Assembly (NCBI GenBank): GCA_010909165.1
Contig: MU008168.1
Span: 124,001-188,000, forward strand
Length of the DNA stretch: 64,000 bases
Source: Anthoceros angustus
Taxonomy: Eukaryota > Plantae > Anthocerotophyta
Reading direction: 5' to 3'
This document shows, piece after piece, positions 38,171 to 49,699 of the stretch. Position numbers and translations under genes: made by a program. Numbering within the stretch: the first letter of the stretch is position 1; each line of letters opens with the position of its first letter. The notes beneath the pieces are model-generated. The model had not been told where the DNA came from. It was given only the letters and a program-made list of their open reading frames with translations, and did not search any database.

Positions 38171-38294
38171 TTCTTAGGAAATAGTGTATTTTAGGCAAAC
38201 TTCTTAGGCAATGCTTCTCTCAATAGGGCCGTTTCTTAGGAAATAGTGTATTTTAGGCAAACTTCTTAGGCAAGGCTTCTCTCAATAGGGCCGT
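38171..38294. repeat. 62-bp direct tandem duplication abutting the 5'-truncated end of the CRE element
   Basis: ttcttaggaaatagtgtattttaggcaaacttcttaggcaa(t/g)gcttctctcaatagggccgt occurs twice. Confidence 0.9.
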
Positions 38295-38296
38295 CT

Positions 38297-40378
38297 CTAA
38301 GGGGTTGTGAGTATGCGGCCTTTGTATCCAGGTGGTCTTCGAATCACCCACATTGGGTTGTCCTACATGTAGATGTTGAGAATGCCTTCAATAGTGTGTC
38401 TAGGGTTGTCATTTTCTCGGAACTCAGGGATGCAAGTGGGCACCTAGCGGGCCTCATTCCATTTCTTCGCTCCTTCTATGGTTCTCCATCCAATCTCTAC
38501 TATCAACATGGTCCAACTATGGAAGGCGTTTTGGTTCTTCACTTGGCAACGGACACAAGGTAAGGGGATATATTGGGGGGCGCCCTCTTCGCCATGGCGC
38601 ATTTCAGGTGCTGTCCTCCACAGCCTCTGGAGTTCGGGAGTGCCTTTTCTCATCCATGGATGACGATACCCATATCCTTGGGCCAGGGGATAAGGTGAGG
38701 GTTGCCTTTGATCTCTTCTCCTTGGAGCTCTTCCATATGGGATTAAGGGTCAAGATCGATAAGTGCGGGGGGTGGTCCCCTTCTGGCAATACACTCCCTC
38801 TTCACTATCCAAAGGGGGATATTATTTCTCCGCAAGGGCTTCGGGTCCTCGGAATTCTAATGGGTCCCCCTGACTTTATTCAAGGGTTTGTGGACGTGGC
38901 TTACATTAGGGACCTTTCACAAATTGGGGACTCTCAGATTGCATTTGGTATCTTGTCTTCCGGCTTCGCGCATCGACCAGGTTATCTTACCAGGACAATT
39001 GCTCCATCCCCGGCCTTTTTTTCAAGCTTGAGACATTTTGATAGGCAAGTTATGCAGGCGCTTGGGGACATCATAGGCACTGGCACCTTCGAATGCGTCG
39101 ACGTTGACTTGGCACGGAAACCGGCATCATTGCCAGTAGCCTTTGGAGGCACTAGCTTGCTGGCCACTGAGGCCTTGGCTCCGGCTGCCTTCCTCGTGAG
39201 TTGGGCCCAGGCTCTTTGCCCCAATTTTGGCCTCTCGGTTCTTAATACAGGACTCCCTCCTTCTGGAAGCCTTCGTCTTGAGTGTTGAGGAGGGGACCTT
39301 CCCCTTGTAGGTCTCTCTGAGCCGGGCTAGGAACTCCCTTTCCTCAGAGGCTAGGGAAGCCATACCTCCTTTTTCCTCTTTTTCTAGGGAACGGATGCGT
39401 GACCTTCAAGCCTCTCTCTAAGAGAGCAATATTTATAGGCGCAAAGGACCCTCGATCTGGACTCCTCCATTCCCACTGGGAGTGGGAAGTTCTTCGTGGG
39501 CCCGCCTGCGTTCGTGTTCGGGAAGAGGCGGGCTCCGGCCGGCTCGGCCTTCGTGCTCAATCGTTAATCCCCATTTCGACCGCGATGAGGGTCCGCCTCG
39601 GTTTGGCTCATCCTCTTGCCTCTTAAGACTCTTTCCACGTGCGGTTGTGGGCGCCATCGGCGACGGGTCCCACTTGGCGCGTTGTCCGTGAGCAGCGTAT
39701 TGCTACATGGCGCGTTCGCGACGTCATGTTTTCGATAACTAAGGAGAGCAGATTTTTTCCGTATAGGGAGCGCCCATATACATTGCGTAATGGCGTGTCA
39801 CTCAGGGCGGACCTTTTTTATACCAGGAGGTAGCAAATTTACATAGCTGATGTGGTTGTCACGGATCCCACGAGGGACTCTATATGCGAGCATGTCATCA
39901 TCCACCCCCCGGGCTGGGCGGTGGAAGGGTGCGCAACCAGCACGATTCACAAGTACTCTCCCATGTAATACGGCCTTGTTTTCATCCCCCTCGCCCTCGA
40001 GACTCATGGGGCTATGGGAAAGGACTTCTCTAGGTTAATTAAGGAGTGCAAAAGCCTATCACAGCCACAGGAAATGGAGGGGCCTCCCCTTTCCTCTATG
40101 GTGGCTTTCTTTCGCCAGTGGGCTTCCATAGCTCTGTAGAAAGCGCTGGCTAATGCTGTTTATAGGATGGTTACGTACGCAGGATTAGCAGCTTCTTCAG
40201 CGCTTGTGGTAGGTAGGCCCTTCATCATCCCTGATCACGATATCATTGGTGCAGTAGGTAGTTACGGGAAAGGCATTGGAGTGGATTAGGACTTCCCCTT
40301 TTACCATTAGCCCTTTTTGGGTTGTTCCTGGTCGGACTTTAGGGGTAGATGGGATTTCCCATATCGTCTATTAATAAC
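38297..40378 (+). mobile_element. 5'-truncated, degenerate CRE-clade non-LTR retrotransposon (RT + CCHC + restriction-like endonuclease)
   Basis: VLHVDVENAFNSVSR (RT motif), MDDDTHILG, GLRVKIDKC, LRVLGILMG, LPVAFGG, zinc knuckle CGCG..GSHLARCP, RADL..ADVVVTDP (RLE), terminal RQWASIAL*KALAN; frameshifts and stops throughout. Confidence 0.8.
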
Positions 40379-41159
40379 GTCTATTATATTCATTCTATTT
40401 ATTTATGTCTTTTATATTTCATCGCAATTTTAATATCCCTTCGTAAGGGTCTCATAAGGTAATTTTTTATTATACATCATTACAGCAAAAAAACATGTTT
40501 ACCGTTGTAAATTATGTTAATTTTAACGGTTGACTATAAAACATGATTTGTTTCTTGTCCATGCGCGAGTTCCAACATGAGAGTAACATTCCGTAGGCTA
40601 GATCATATTGACACTTTACCTAAGGATAAGCTCATTGCGTTATTTTTTAATATTAAATATTATTCAAGTTTTTTAATATATAAGTTTTTAAAAAATACAT
40701 AATTCCAAAGTTGGCCTTTTCAACTTCTATCTAGCTATGAATGCACCATTAATAACCACTGATGGTGCTGCAGGTTAAGTGGCATAGCTCATACTTTAAT
40801 AGCTCATATACTCTTAGAACTTCTCAATCCCACTTTAGTAGCTCACATACTGAGCTTGCAGACTAAGTCTTGTACATGTTAACAAACTTCCGAGGTTGTA
40901 TGCACTTCAACTCATTGGAGTTGCTCATAGCTTATTTCTTAATAACTTACATTCTCTTAGATCTTCTCATAGCTCTTGGTTTAGTGGCTAGCTCACATAC
41001 TCAATTTGTAGACTAAGTCCTGCATCTACCAACAAACTTGAGAGAAGATTGTATGGGTAACAAATGCCTATGGTTTGAATAGAAATGCATTTATAAGGCT
41101 GTTATTGTTATCCCTCGAATTACCATAAGAGCATAAAATAGATTGAGACATTTGCTCTG

Positions 41160-41568
41160 GTTTTTCAAGAAGAAGAAGAAGAAGAATTTTATTTAGTTTT
41201 CCATAATGGGACTTGGTACTTAACAACTTGTACCATGGTGTGCCTAAGCTACTTGCACCAAAGGCATCCACTCCCTTTAGACACCCCATCCAAGTACCGA
41301 TCTAAGCGCAGGATGCTTAATCACGATGTTCTTATGAATGTGTGTTTTTCAAGGACTAAGGAAGAAGAAGAAGAAGAGTTTTATTTAAGTCCACTAAGGA
41401 CGGATTTCCGTCAGGGGACTTGGTACTTAACAACTTGTACCATGGTGTGCCTAAGCTACTTGCACCAAAGGCATCCACTCCCTTCAAGCACCCCATCTAA
41501 GTACCGATCTAAGCTCAGGATGCTTAATCACGACGTTCTTATGAATGTGTGTTTTTCAAGGACTAAGG
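41160..41568. repeat. Two tandem units of about 200 bp, each starting with a (GAA)n tract and tttattt; possible retroelement 3' ends on the minus strand
   Basis: gggacttggtacttaacaacttgtaccatggtgtgcctaagc...gtttttcaag occurs at ~41208 and ~41415; the minus strand reads AATAAA then (TTC)n. Confidence 0.7.
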
Positions 41569-41899
41569 GTTTTTTAAGATATTCTTTTTGGATAGTTTTG
41601 TTTTGTAGTATCTACTGGATAGTTTTGTTTTGCAGTCCCGTTGTGGAAGACCACATGTACACTAACCCCCCTCTGAAGTGTCGGGATGAACGATTTTTTT
41701 TGTTTTGGGAGTGTTTGTATAGCAAAGTGCTTTGAGAATCGCTGGTAAGGTCTTTTATACGAACGGTCCTTGGCCCTTGGGATAATAATTTTCTTTTTGG
41801 ACCTTAGGTTTTCAATTTAGGTAGGTCGGAAATGGAGTCCTTGGGTTTTGGTAATTGTAGAAATAAGAAAGTGTCTATATATGCTAGGGTGCCTACATC

Positions 41900-43560
41900 C
41901 GCCAGCCATGCACCAAGCGGAGGTGGCCCACCACGGTCAATAACGGGCGACAGCTGGGGAGTTTACAACCCTAGTGGCGAGCGGGCCGCAGCCGGAGCGC
42001 AATCGCGAGACGACACCCAGCACCGCGAGGTCGCGAATTTCCGGCTGACGCCGGAGCGGAGCCGCAGAACCGGGCGCTGCAATCGCTCGGGCCGAGACTG
42101 CTTCACTGCAGTAGGAGGCGCGCCGAACGGCGTGGCGGGCGGAGGAAGGAAACCAGTGCTGGGCGAAGTAGAGGAAGGAGGCGCTGAGGAAGAGCGCCGG
42201 CGAGGGGAAGAAGCGTGCAAGGGTGGTGTTCCTCTTCTCACCGCAGTGCAGGATTTTTTTGGGAAACAAGGAGAAAGGGAGATGGCGCCGCACAAATCCC
42301 ACTCATGCAAAGGCTCCAACATGGACCATCGGAAGATGCAGCCTGCAGGAGTTGGGGCTGGAATTTATGGAGAAGAAATGGTGTTACGATGTACCAAAGA
42401 TTGGTGCAAGAGTGCGCCAATTGAGAACCAGTGCGCAAGAAGGCGACACGAGAAAGAGGCCGAAACTGGATTTGGGGCTCTTTGTGCAAGGGCGAAGCAT
42501 CGTGAGGATGGAAGCTTGGTAATTGACCCCGAGAAAGAAGACCCCGAGAGCAGCGCGCCATGAAGCTGGAGAAGTGAGGGTGAACAATGGATGGGTGACT
42601 CGCCAACTCGTGTTCTGCAATGGTGGGATTGGCCAAGTGGATTTTGTGTTTCTGCTGCACGTGAAGTTGATCATATGGCGCACTACTCGGTCTTCCTTCA
42701 TGAGGTGGTTAAAGGTACACAAATTGATTGGGGCGGATGATCTTTGAGAGAGCCTGTGAGGAGAGGGCGAATCTGCTCTCCCCTTCCCCTCGGCCCTCCT
42801 TGATTTCACCTTTTCTAATTCATGTATTCGCGCATTCCGGGTGTCTAACGAGTTGAAGTCGTGGTTCCGCCTTCATAGCTGGAAACCGATCAGGGAACTC
42901 AAGGTAGAGGAAGAGGAGTGTAAGGAGGATTCCGGGGGAAATTCCAGCAGTTGGGAGTGCGCCTCCCTAGAAGATTCGGATGAAGGTGGGGAGGTTTCCA
43001 AGGGCAAGAAGTGAGGGCGCAGGCGTAATCTGAGAAGAAGGGAAGGACAGAAGAGGAACCCAGCCTACACCTAGGGTCACTGTGTCGAAATCAGCAGGAA
43101 CGCTGTGAAGGAGGAGAAAATAAAGGGAAACGACAAGTTGTGCCTCTCTGTGTGGGGAGGAGTCGCCGCTAGGGAGATTGGAGCGGATGAGGAAGTAGTG
43201 GCAAACCAACCCCTAGAAGAAGAGGGGTTAGTTTGCAGCCAAACCGCTGACGAGCTCGGAATATCTTTGGCGACATTTCACCGACCCGACGTCAAGTGGA
43301 AGCACGTGACACGCCCGCGCAAGAGAATTGTTGTGGAGGGAATGGGCACGGGCAGCCCAATTGGAATCTACAGCCTCGACTTTACCATGGCTCGGGCGTA
43401 GGCGGATCTCCTCGACTCAGCCATGGCTCTCACCGGAGTGCGAGTGCAAGGAAAAGTTGCTCAAGGAAAAGTTGAGAGCCCAGAAGGTAGAACAAGAACA
43501 AAGATAATATTTGAAGCGGCTTAATATACACCAAGCGGCCCGAGGGTATTTAAAACCGGA
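41900..43560 (+). mobile_element. Degenerate L1-type LINE ORF1 relic
   Basis: Frameshifted PTWTIGRCSLQELGLEF ... EVRVNNGWVTRQLVF ... CFCC/REVDHMAHY resembles the plant L1 ORF1 DUF4283 + CCHC knuckle layout; purine-rich sense strand. Confidence 0.4.
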
Positions 43561-44342
43561 AGGGTGTTTTGATGGTTGTCGAATACCTTTTGGGATGTCA
43601 CCGCCAAATTCGCATTGAAAACGGGTTTAACTCATAGTCATGGCATCTTCCTTTCCACCGGACCACTAGTAGAACGGTGGTACCGTGCAGCATGCAACTT
43701 ACGAGAATAATACCCATGTGGGCTCCCCATCCTTGCGGGTGCAAAATACTTGCCTCCGTGATTTTCGTGCCATTCATTCCAATCATTGTGAAACAAGAGC
43801 GATGATGTGTTTTGAAATCATATTCACGGAACTAAGGAGTGCCATCCGCCGGTCTTTGAAATAATGTTGTAACGCGTGAACGCCGTTGTGGCATGGGCGC
43901 GGCATGCCGCGCCCGTCGTCAACCGGAACCGCCACCTGGAGTTGGATCAAGTGTACATCAACATTGATACGTCATTAGTGGATCATGATTACGACATGCG
44001 GTGGATTGTGAAACATGGCGATCAATGCTCACCAACGCCTAAATCGTCGTCATATCTGATGGGGTTTTCACTAGTGAAAGGCAACCATACATGCCGGATG
44101 GTATGCGCTGCGGCGTATGCATGTCCACAATAGAAGGCGAGGTTTGGAAGGAACTCAATGCCGGCATGATGTCACACGCTTGTCTTAACAAAGCAGTTTC
44201 AAGCGAAAGTAATATATTGTCGCGGCATGTTATCATGAAACTATAATCCGATCGCATGTTATCATGAAACTAGGTGCGGAGTTGTTCCACACTTATTCCC
44301 AAATCCAAAACTAATGACATTACTCCTCGCGAATCGAGACCC

Positions 44343-46019
44343 TCACCCTCCTTCAATGACGTCATTACCATCATTGTCACTCTCCATCGCCTCATTGGAA
44401 GTGCATGGTGGAGGTGCATTCGGAGAGCACTCACTTTTCCTTTATAGCTTTTTATCCGCGTCTGGATGTTTCACGGAAGTTAGTTTAAAACCATAGTATA
44501 CTATAACGGTTTTCTGCAACTTTTGGATGTTTGGAGGTCTTTTGCTCTTTCCTGCTTTTCTTTTCAGTGGCTCTCATCCATTCACTCCTCGATACTCCCA
44601 ACATATTTGCCCTCGTAAGCATCGGTGTGGTCCGTTCGCCACCGGTGCACAAGTATATAGGGTTGGTGTTGCGAGATGGACATTAAGAACCTTCGCTACC
44701 AGGCATACATGTGTGTCGCCTTCACACGGCGTCACAATGAACATTCCTTTCTCTATCTCCAGGATATTTCCATTCATCCTCTCCATTTCCTCCTCCTGGC
44801 GTTCGATACTTTGATAGGCCCCTAGGTACATGGCCCTTTGTGGTATTTCGCAACAAAGCCTCATCCAATCGCTTCATCCATTATGCATTGGAGGGCGTGT
44901 GCCTCGGCCGCTGCACATGTACCATCTCCGGGGTTATGCAGGACAAGTCCAATGTTATGGTCTACTATATTTGCGATTTCAACTTGATCATTCCAATCCG
45001 CCCACCATTCTTCCTCCGCAGAGTCAAATAAGTTGGTAGCTTTATCAATCCTTTCTTCAAGTGATCCACGCCTTCACGTGCGTTAAGACCGCCCTCACTT
45101 CCCTTTTTGTCTTTTGCCCGTAGTGCCATCAAAGTCGGGCCAATGACGGCCGGAACATGAGACAAAACTCCAGCCCATCTTGATTCCCACAATGGCGGTA
45201 GAATCTTACTTGAATGGCATTTACCTTTCCGCGGCCGACTTTGTCTTCCGTGTGATTTTTTGGTGTTGAAATGATAGGTTGTTCAACTTCCGCACTGTAT
45301 GTATTTCCGTCAATCCCTGTTCCTATAGGCCACACGAATGACCGGAAGTCGGCAACCTCTGTCAACACAGTTACCTCTGGATTTGGCGTGAATGACTCCC
45401 TCAAAATTTCTTGCATTGTAGGCAAGGACCTGGCCTCTTTATGCTTTAAATGCTTGGAGAAACAAGAGAACATTTGATCTACCTGGTCGTGTGTATGCCC
45501 GACAAGAAGGAAACCAACCTTCACTTTCTCAAACGTCCCGAGTTCCACAAGCATGTTCAAATACGCAAATAAAAGCTGGTTCTTGTTCTCCCTACATGTG
45601 TTGTCCAACTGTAGATATAACACCTTGGGAAGTAATCCTGCATAGGTATGTATAACATCCTGGATAATGGTTATTGTCAGGTTTGCATCATTTGCTAAAT
45701 TTGCATAATGCAGATAGGCCCGCGCTTTGAATGTGTAGTTATGTATCATGCAGCCCACCACATGTACTGTGATTCGACTCTCCTCTTTCAAGTCCTTGGG
45801 CCACCTCAAAATATGTGGGAGTGAAGTTTTCTTCTGGTCCATACCGTCGATTGATAACAACATATATTTATGAGGCTCCTTGTAAGATTTTGAGCGATGC
45901 TTGGTCAACTTCTTCCTTTCCTCCATCAACCGTAACGATGCTTGTTCGATGCCTCTTGGTACAAGGTCGCTCGCATCGAACAATACGGTCGAGATATGGC
46001 CAACCATGAAATATACCAA
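44343..46019 (-). mobile_element. Sola-like DDE transposase (DUF7869-type), copy 1, frameshifted
   Basis: LSIDGMDQKKT, VLYLQLDNTCRENKNQLLFAYL and FLLVGHTHDQVDQMFS in ORF 45129-46019; the C-terminal part continues in shifted frames to a stop near 44343. Confidence 0.75.
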
Positions 46020-46187
46020 AAGAAGCTATCGATGATTGGACGTGTCGAATGTTATATGCCGTCATGTACAAAATCAAGCGCAAATGACATTGAATAGAGA
46101 TCAATACGGCGTCGGCATATATACTAAACATGGGCGGCAACAGGCGTTCATGCGTAAGCATGCCGGCACTTATGCGGCTTGCTTTTT

Positions 46188-47794
46188 TCCATTCCACTCC
46201 TCGTAAATACTCCCAACATATTTGCCCTCGTAAGCATCGGTGTGGTCCGTTCGCCACCGGTGCACAAGTATATAGGGTTGGTGCAGATGGACATTAAGAA
46301 CCTTCGCTACCGAGCATACATTATGTGTGTCGCCTTCACGGCGTCACAATGAACATTCCTTTCTCTATCTCCGGGATATTGCCATTCATCCTCTCCATTT
46401 CCTCCTCCATTCGATACTTTGATAGGCCCCGGTACATGGCCCTTTGTGGTATTTCGCAACAAAGCCTCATCCAATACTGCTTCATCCGATATCTGCATTG
46501 GAGGAACGTGTGCCTCAGCCGCTGCTGCATACCATCTCCAGGGGTTATGCAGGACAAGTCCAATGTTATGGTCTACTATATTTGCGATTTCAACTTGATC
46601 ATTCCAGAAATCCGTCCACCATTCTTCCTCCGCAGTAGTCAAATAAGTTGGTAGCTTTATCAATCCTTTCTTCAAGTGATCCACGCCTTCACGTGCGGTA
46701 AGACCGCCCTCACTTCCCTTTTTGTCTTTTGCCCGCAGTGCCATCAAGGGAGTCGGGCCGATGACGGCGTCTGGAACATGAGACAAAAACTCCAGCCCAT
46801 CTTCGGATTCCCACAATGGCGGTAGAGTCTTACTTGAATATGATTACCTTTCCGCCGACTTTGTCTTCCGTGTGATTTTGAACTGGTGTTGAAATGATAG
46901 GTTGTTCAACTTCCGCACTGTGTATTTCCGCGTCAATCCACATTCCTATAGGCCACACGAATGACCTAAGTCGGCAACCTCGCCAACACATTACCTCTGG
47001 ATTTGGCGTGAATGACTCCTCAAAATTTCTTGCATTGTAGGCGGGGACCGCCTCTTTATGCTTTAAATGCTTGGAGAAACAAGAGAACATTTGATCTACA
47101 GTCGTGTGTATGCCCGAGAAGGAAACCAACCTTCACTTTCTCAAACGTCCGAGTTCCACAAGCATGTTCAAATACGCAAATAAAAGCTGGTTCTTGTTCT
47201 CCCTACATGTGTTGTCCAACTGTAGATATAACACCTTGGGAAGTAATCCTGCATAGGTATGTATAACATCCCGGATAATGGTTATTGTATCGGGTTTGCA
47301 TCATTTGCTAAATTTGCATAATGCGATAGGCCCGCTTTGAATGTGTAGTTATGTATCATGCAGCCCACCACATGTCTTCGACTCTCCTCTTTCAAGTCCT
47401 TGGGCCACCTCAAAATATGTGGGAGTGAAGTTTTCTTGGTCCATACCGTCGATTGATAACAACATATATTTATGAGGCTCCTTGTAAGATTTTGATGCTT
47501 GGTCAACTTCTTCCTTTCCTCCATCAACCGTATCGATGCTTGTTCGATTGCCTCTTGGTACAAGGTACATTCGCATCACAACAATACGGTCGAGATATGG
47601 CCAACCATGAAATATACCAAAAGAAGCTATCGGCGATGATTGGACAATCGAATGTTATATGCATCTACTGCACAAAATCAAAGCGTAAATGACATTGAAT
47701 AGAGATCAATGGCGTCGGCATATATACTAAACATGGGCGGCGGCAACCCGGCGTTCATGCGTGGTCATGCCGCACTTATGCGGCTTGCTTTTCC
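46188..47794 (-). repeat. Second tandem copy (about 1.61 kb) of 44577-46188, containing the same transposase segment
   Basis: Near-identical to copy 1, with differences mostly 1-4 nt indels; junction microhomology ttcca. Confidence 0.9.
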
Positions 47795-48370
47795 ACCGCG
47801 GCACCATTCCACATGGGAGGCGGCGCCACGGAATGTGCCGGCGGGTGACGAATCACGGCGCATGGCGCATGGCGCATGGGCGCCGCATGCCCGATGGCAC
47901 GTGGGCGGCATATGCGCCCATGCCCTCTTCGATGCAGGCGCCGGCATGCGGCGCCGCTATCACCGGACATTGTGGGGCGGCGCATGCGACCCTCGCCTTA
48001 CTTTAGAGCACGGCGCTAAGAATGTGAGCGCGAGGCATGCCATCGCCCCTGCTCGGCGCATGGCGCATGCCGGCGCCCACGCAAGCATGCCGAGTTAGCG
48101 CCTCATCGCGCCTCTATGCCACGAAGATGGCGCATGGCGCCGGCATGCGCCCATATGCCCGACCAGTGCGGGGGGCCGGCATGGACGCCCATCGCCATCG
48201 AAGAGGGCGAGCCGCATGCCGCCCATGCGCCTTGAAGCATGGAGCACCTCGCAGCCATGCCGAAGCCCATGCGCCATACAGCCGGGAGCATCACGGTTCA
48301 TGTTGCCTGTGCCCATCCGGCCTGTTGCAGAGACCATCTCCGCCGGCATCTCGCCGCCATTGCGCCATGC
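47750..48370. repeat. GC-rich low-complexity tract dense in GCATG/CATGC/GCCGGC/GGCGCC short palindromes
   Basis: For example ggcgcatggcgcatggcgcatgggcgccgcatgccc. Confidence 0.6.
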
Positions 48371-49699
48371 AGGTCCATCCCACAAACTCCATCTTTTTCC
48401 GTACCCAGGCTGTTCAACAACTCAGAGAAAACCAATTACCTGGAGGAGGGGGCCTACCTTGGTCACTTACATGTGCCCGTATGTTGCACTTCAACCCGCG
48501 CATAATGAACAAGTTGAGAACTGGACTTTGGTATCTTAACACGCTTGAAATTCGAGCCCACAACCGCAAGAAGTATGCATATGAAACAAACCGTAGTCCT
48601 TTCGCTCCATTCCAATCTTGTCATGTCCACAACTCGAGTCGCGTGAAAGTGTCGGTAGGTTATATACCTCCACATTCGCAACCGCCTGCTAAGTGGAGGA
48701 AAGTGGAGTCCATCCGTGCAATTGCACCCAAAGCATGGGAGGATTGCACGAGGCTAGCCTTGTTCGCATCCCAAGGTGCATCTACAAGGACCCTATGCTT
48801 CAACTCTCGTACCTTGCCGATCCTATGTAGATACCAAGGCCTCGACAAAGACAGATTGGAACTGTCCCATGAGGTGGGTATAAGCATGGTTGGTGCTCAC
48901 TTTAGTTAGAAAGCAGTTGAAACGCCTTAATTTGTCCTCACGCAATGTTTACAATTATGAAAAATTCATTTCTTTTCCAATTTATCTGATTTTTTTACAT
49001 GTTATAGTCATGTCTATTTTTATCTAGGATTAAAATTTAATAAAGAATGGTATATTAAAATATGCTTTAAAAATTCAGGTGGTTTAAGGACAATGTCCCA
49101 CATAGTCGGCCTTTTGCCGCTTCATTTCACGAACTCGTGTGAACGGCCCGCCAACGCGCCTTCAAATGCTCCGAGTTTAATAATCAACATAGAATATCAT
49201 GTGGTGCAAAGGGATCGAGTACGTGCATACCGCCAGCCGGCAAATGACCTAGGTATTGTAGAGCTCATCTTGAACTCAGAGGCTAGGGCTGGTAATCGTG
49301 ACAAGCTCCGTGAGCTCAAACTTGAACTCTGGCTGCTGGTAATCGTGACAAGCTCCGTGGCTACATGTGGAGGACGTGGTGGAAGGAGCGGATCGTTCAC
49401 GGGCGCTACAAGTTGCAAGTAGGTCCGCGGGCCGGTTGGTGGATAGTGCGGGGCGGTGTCTTCAAATACGGTGGATAGTGCCGTGGCGTTGGAGGTGGTG
49501 CTGCAAACCCTTGGTCATTTTGGGATGCTATGGCTCGGTCACCTTCCCAACAACGGAGTCGATGGGCGAACCAAACGTCCGCGAACGGGCAGTGACTAAC
49601 AAATTAAGGCTTCACGTGAAGTCGGTGTCCGGTGTGGAAGAAGAAGGGTGGGATACATCACGGAGGTGGACAGGAGCATGTTAAACGAGAGTCCTCGCA

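Noticed and set aside
40770-41040. Duplicated segment with an A-box-like tggtttagtgg, a possible SINE
   Set aside because: No B box, tail or TSD recognisable
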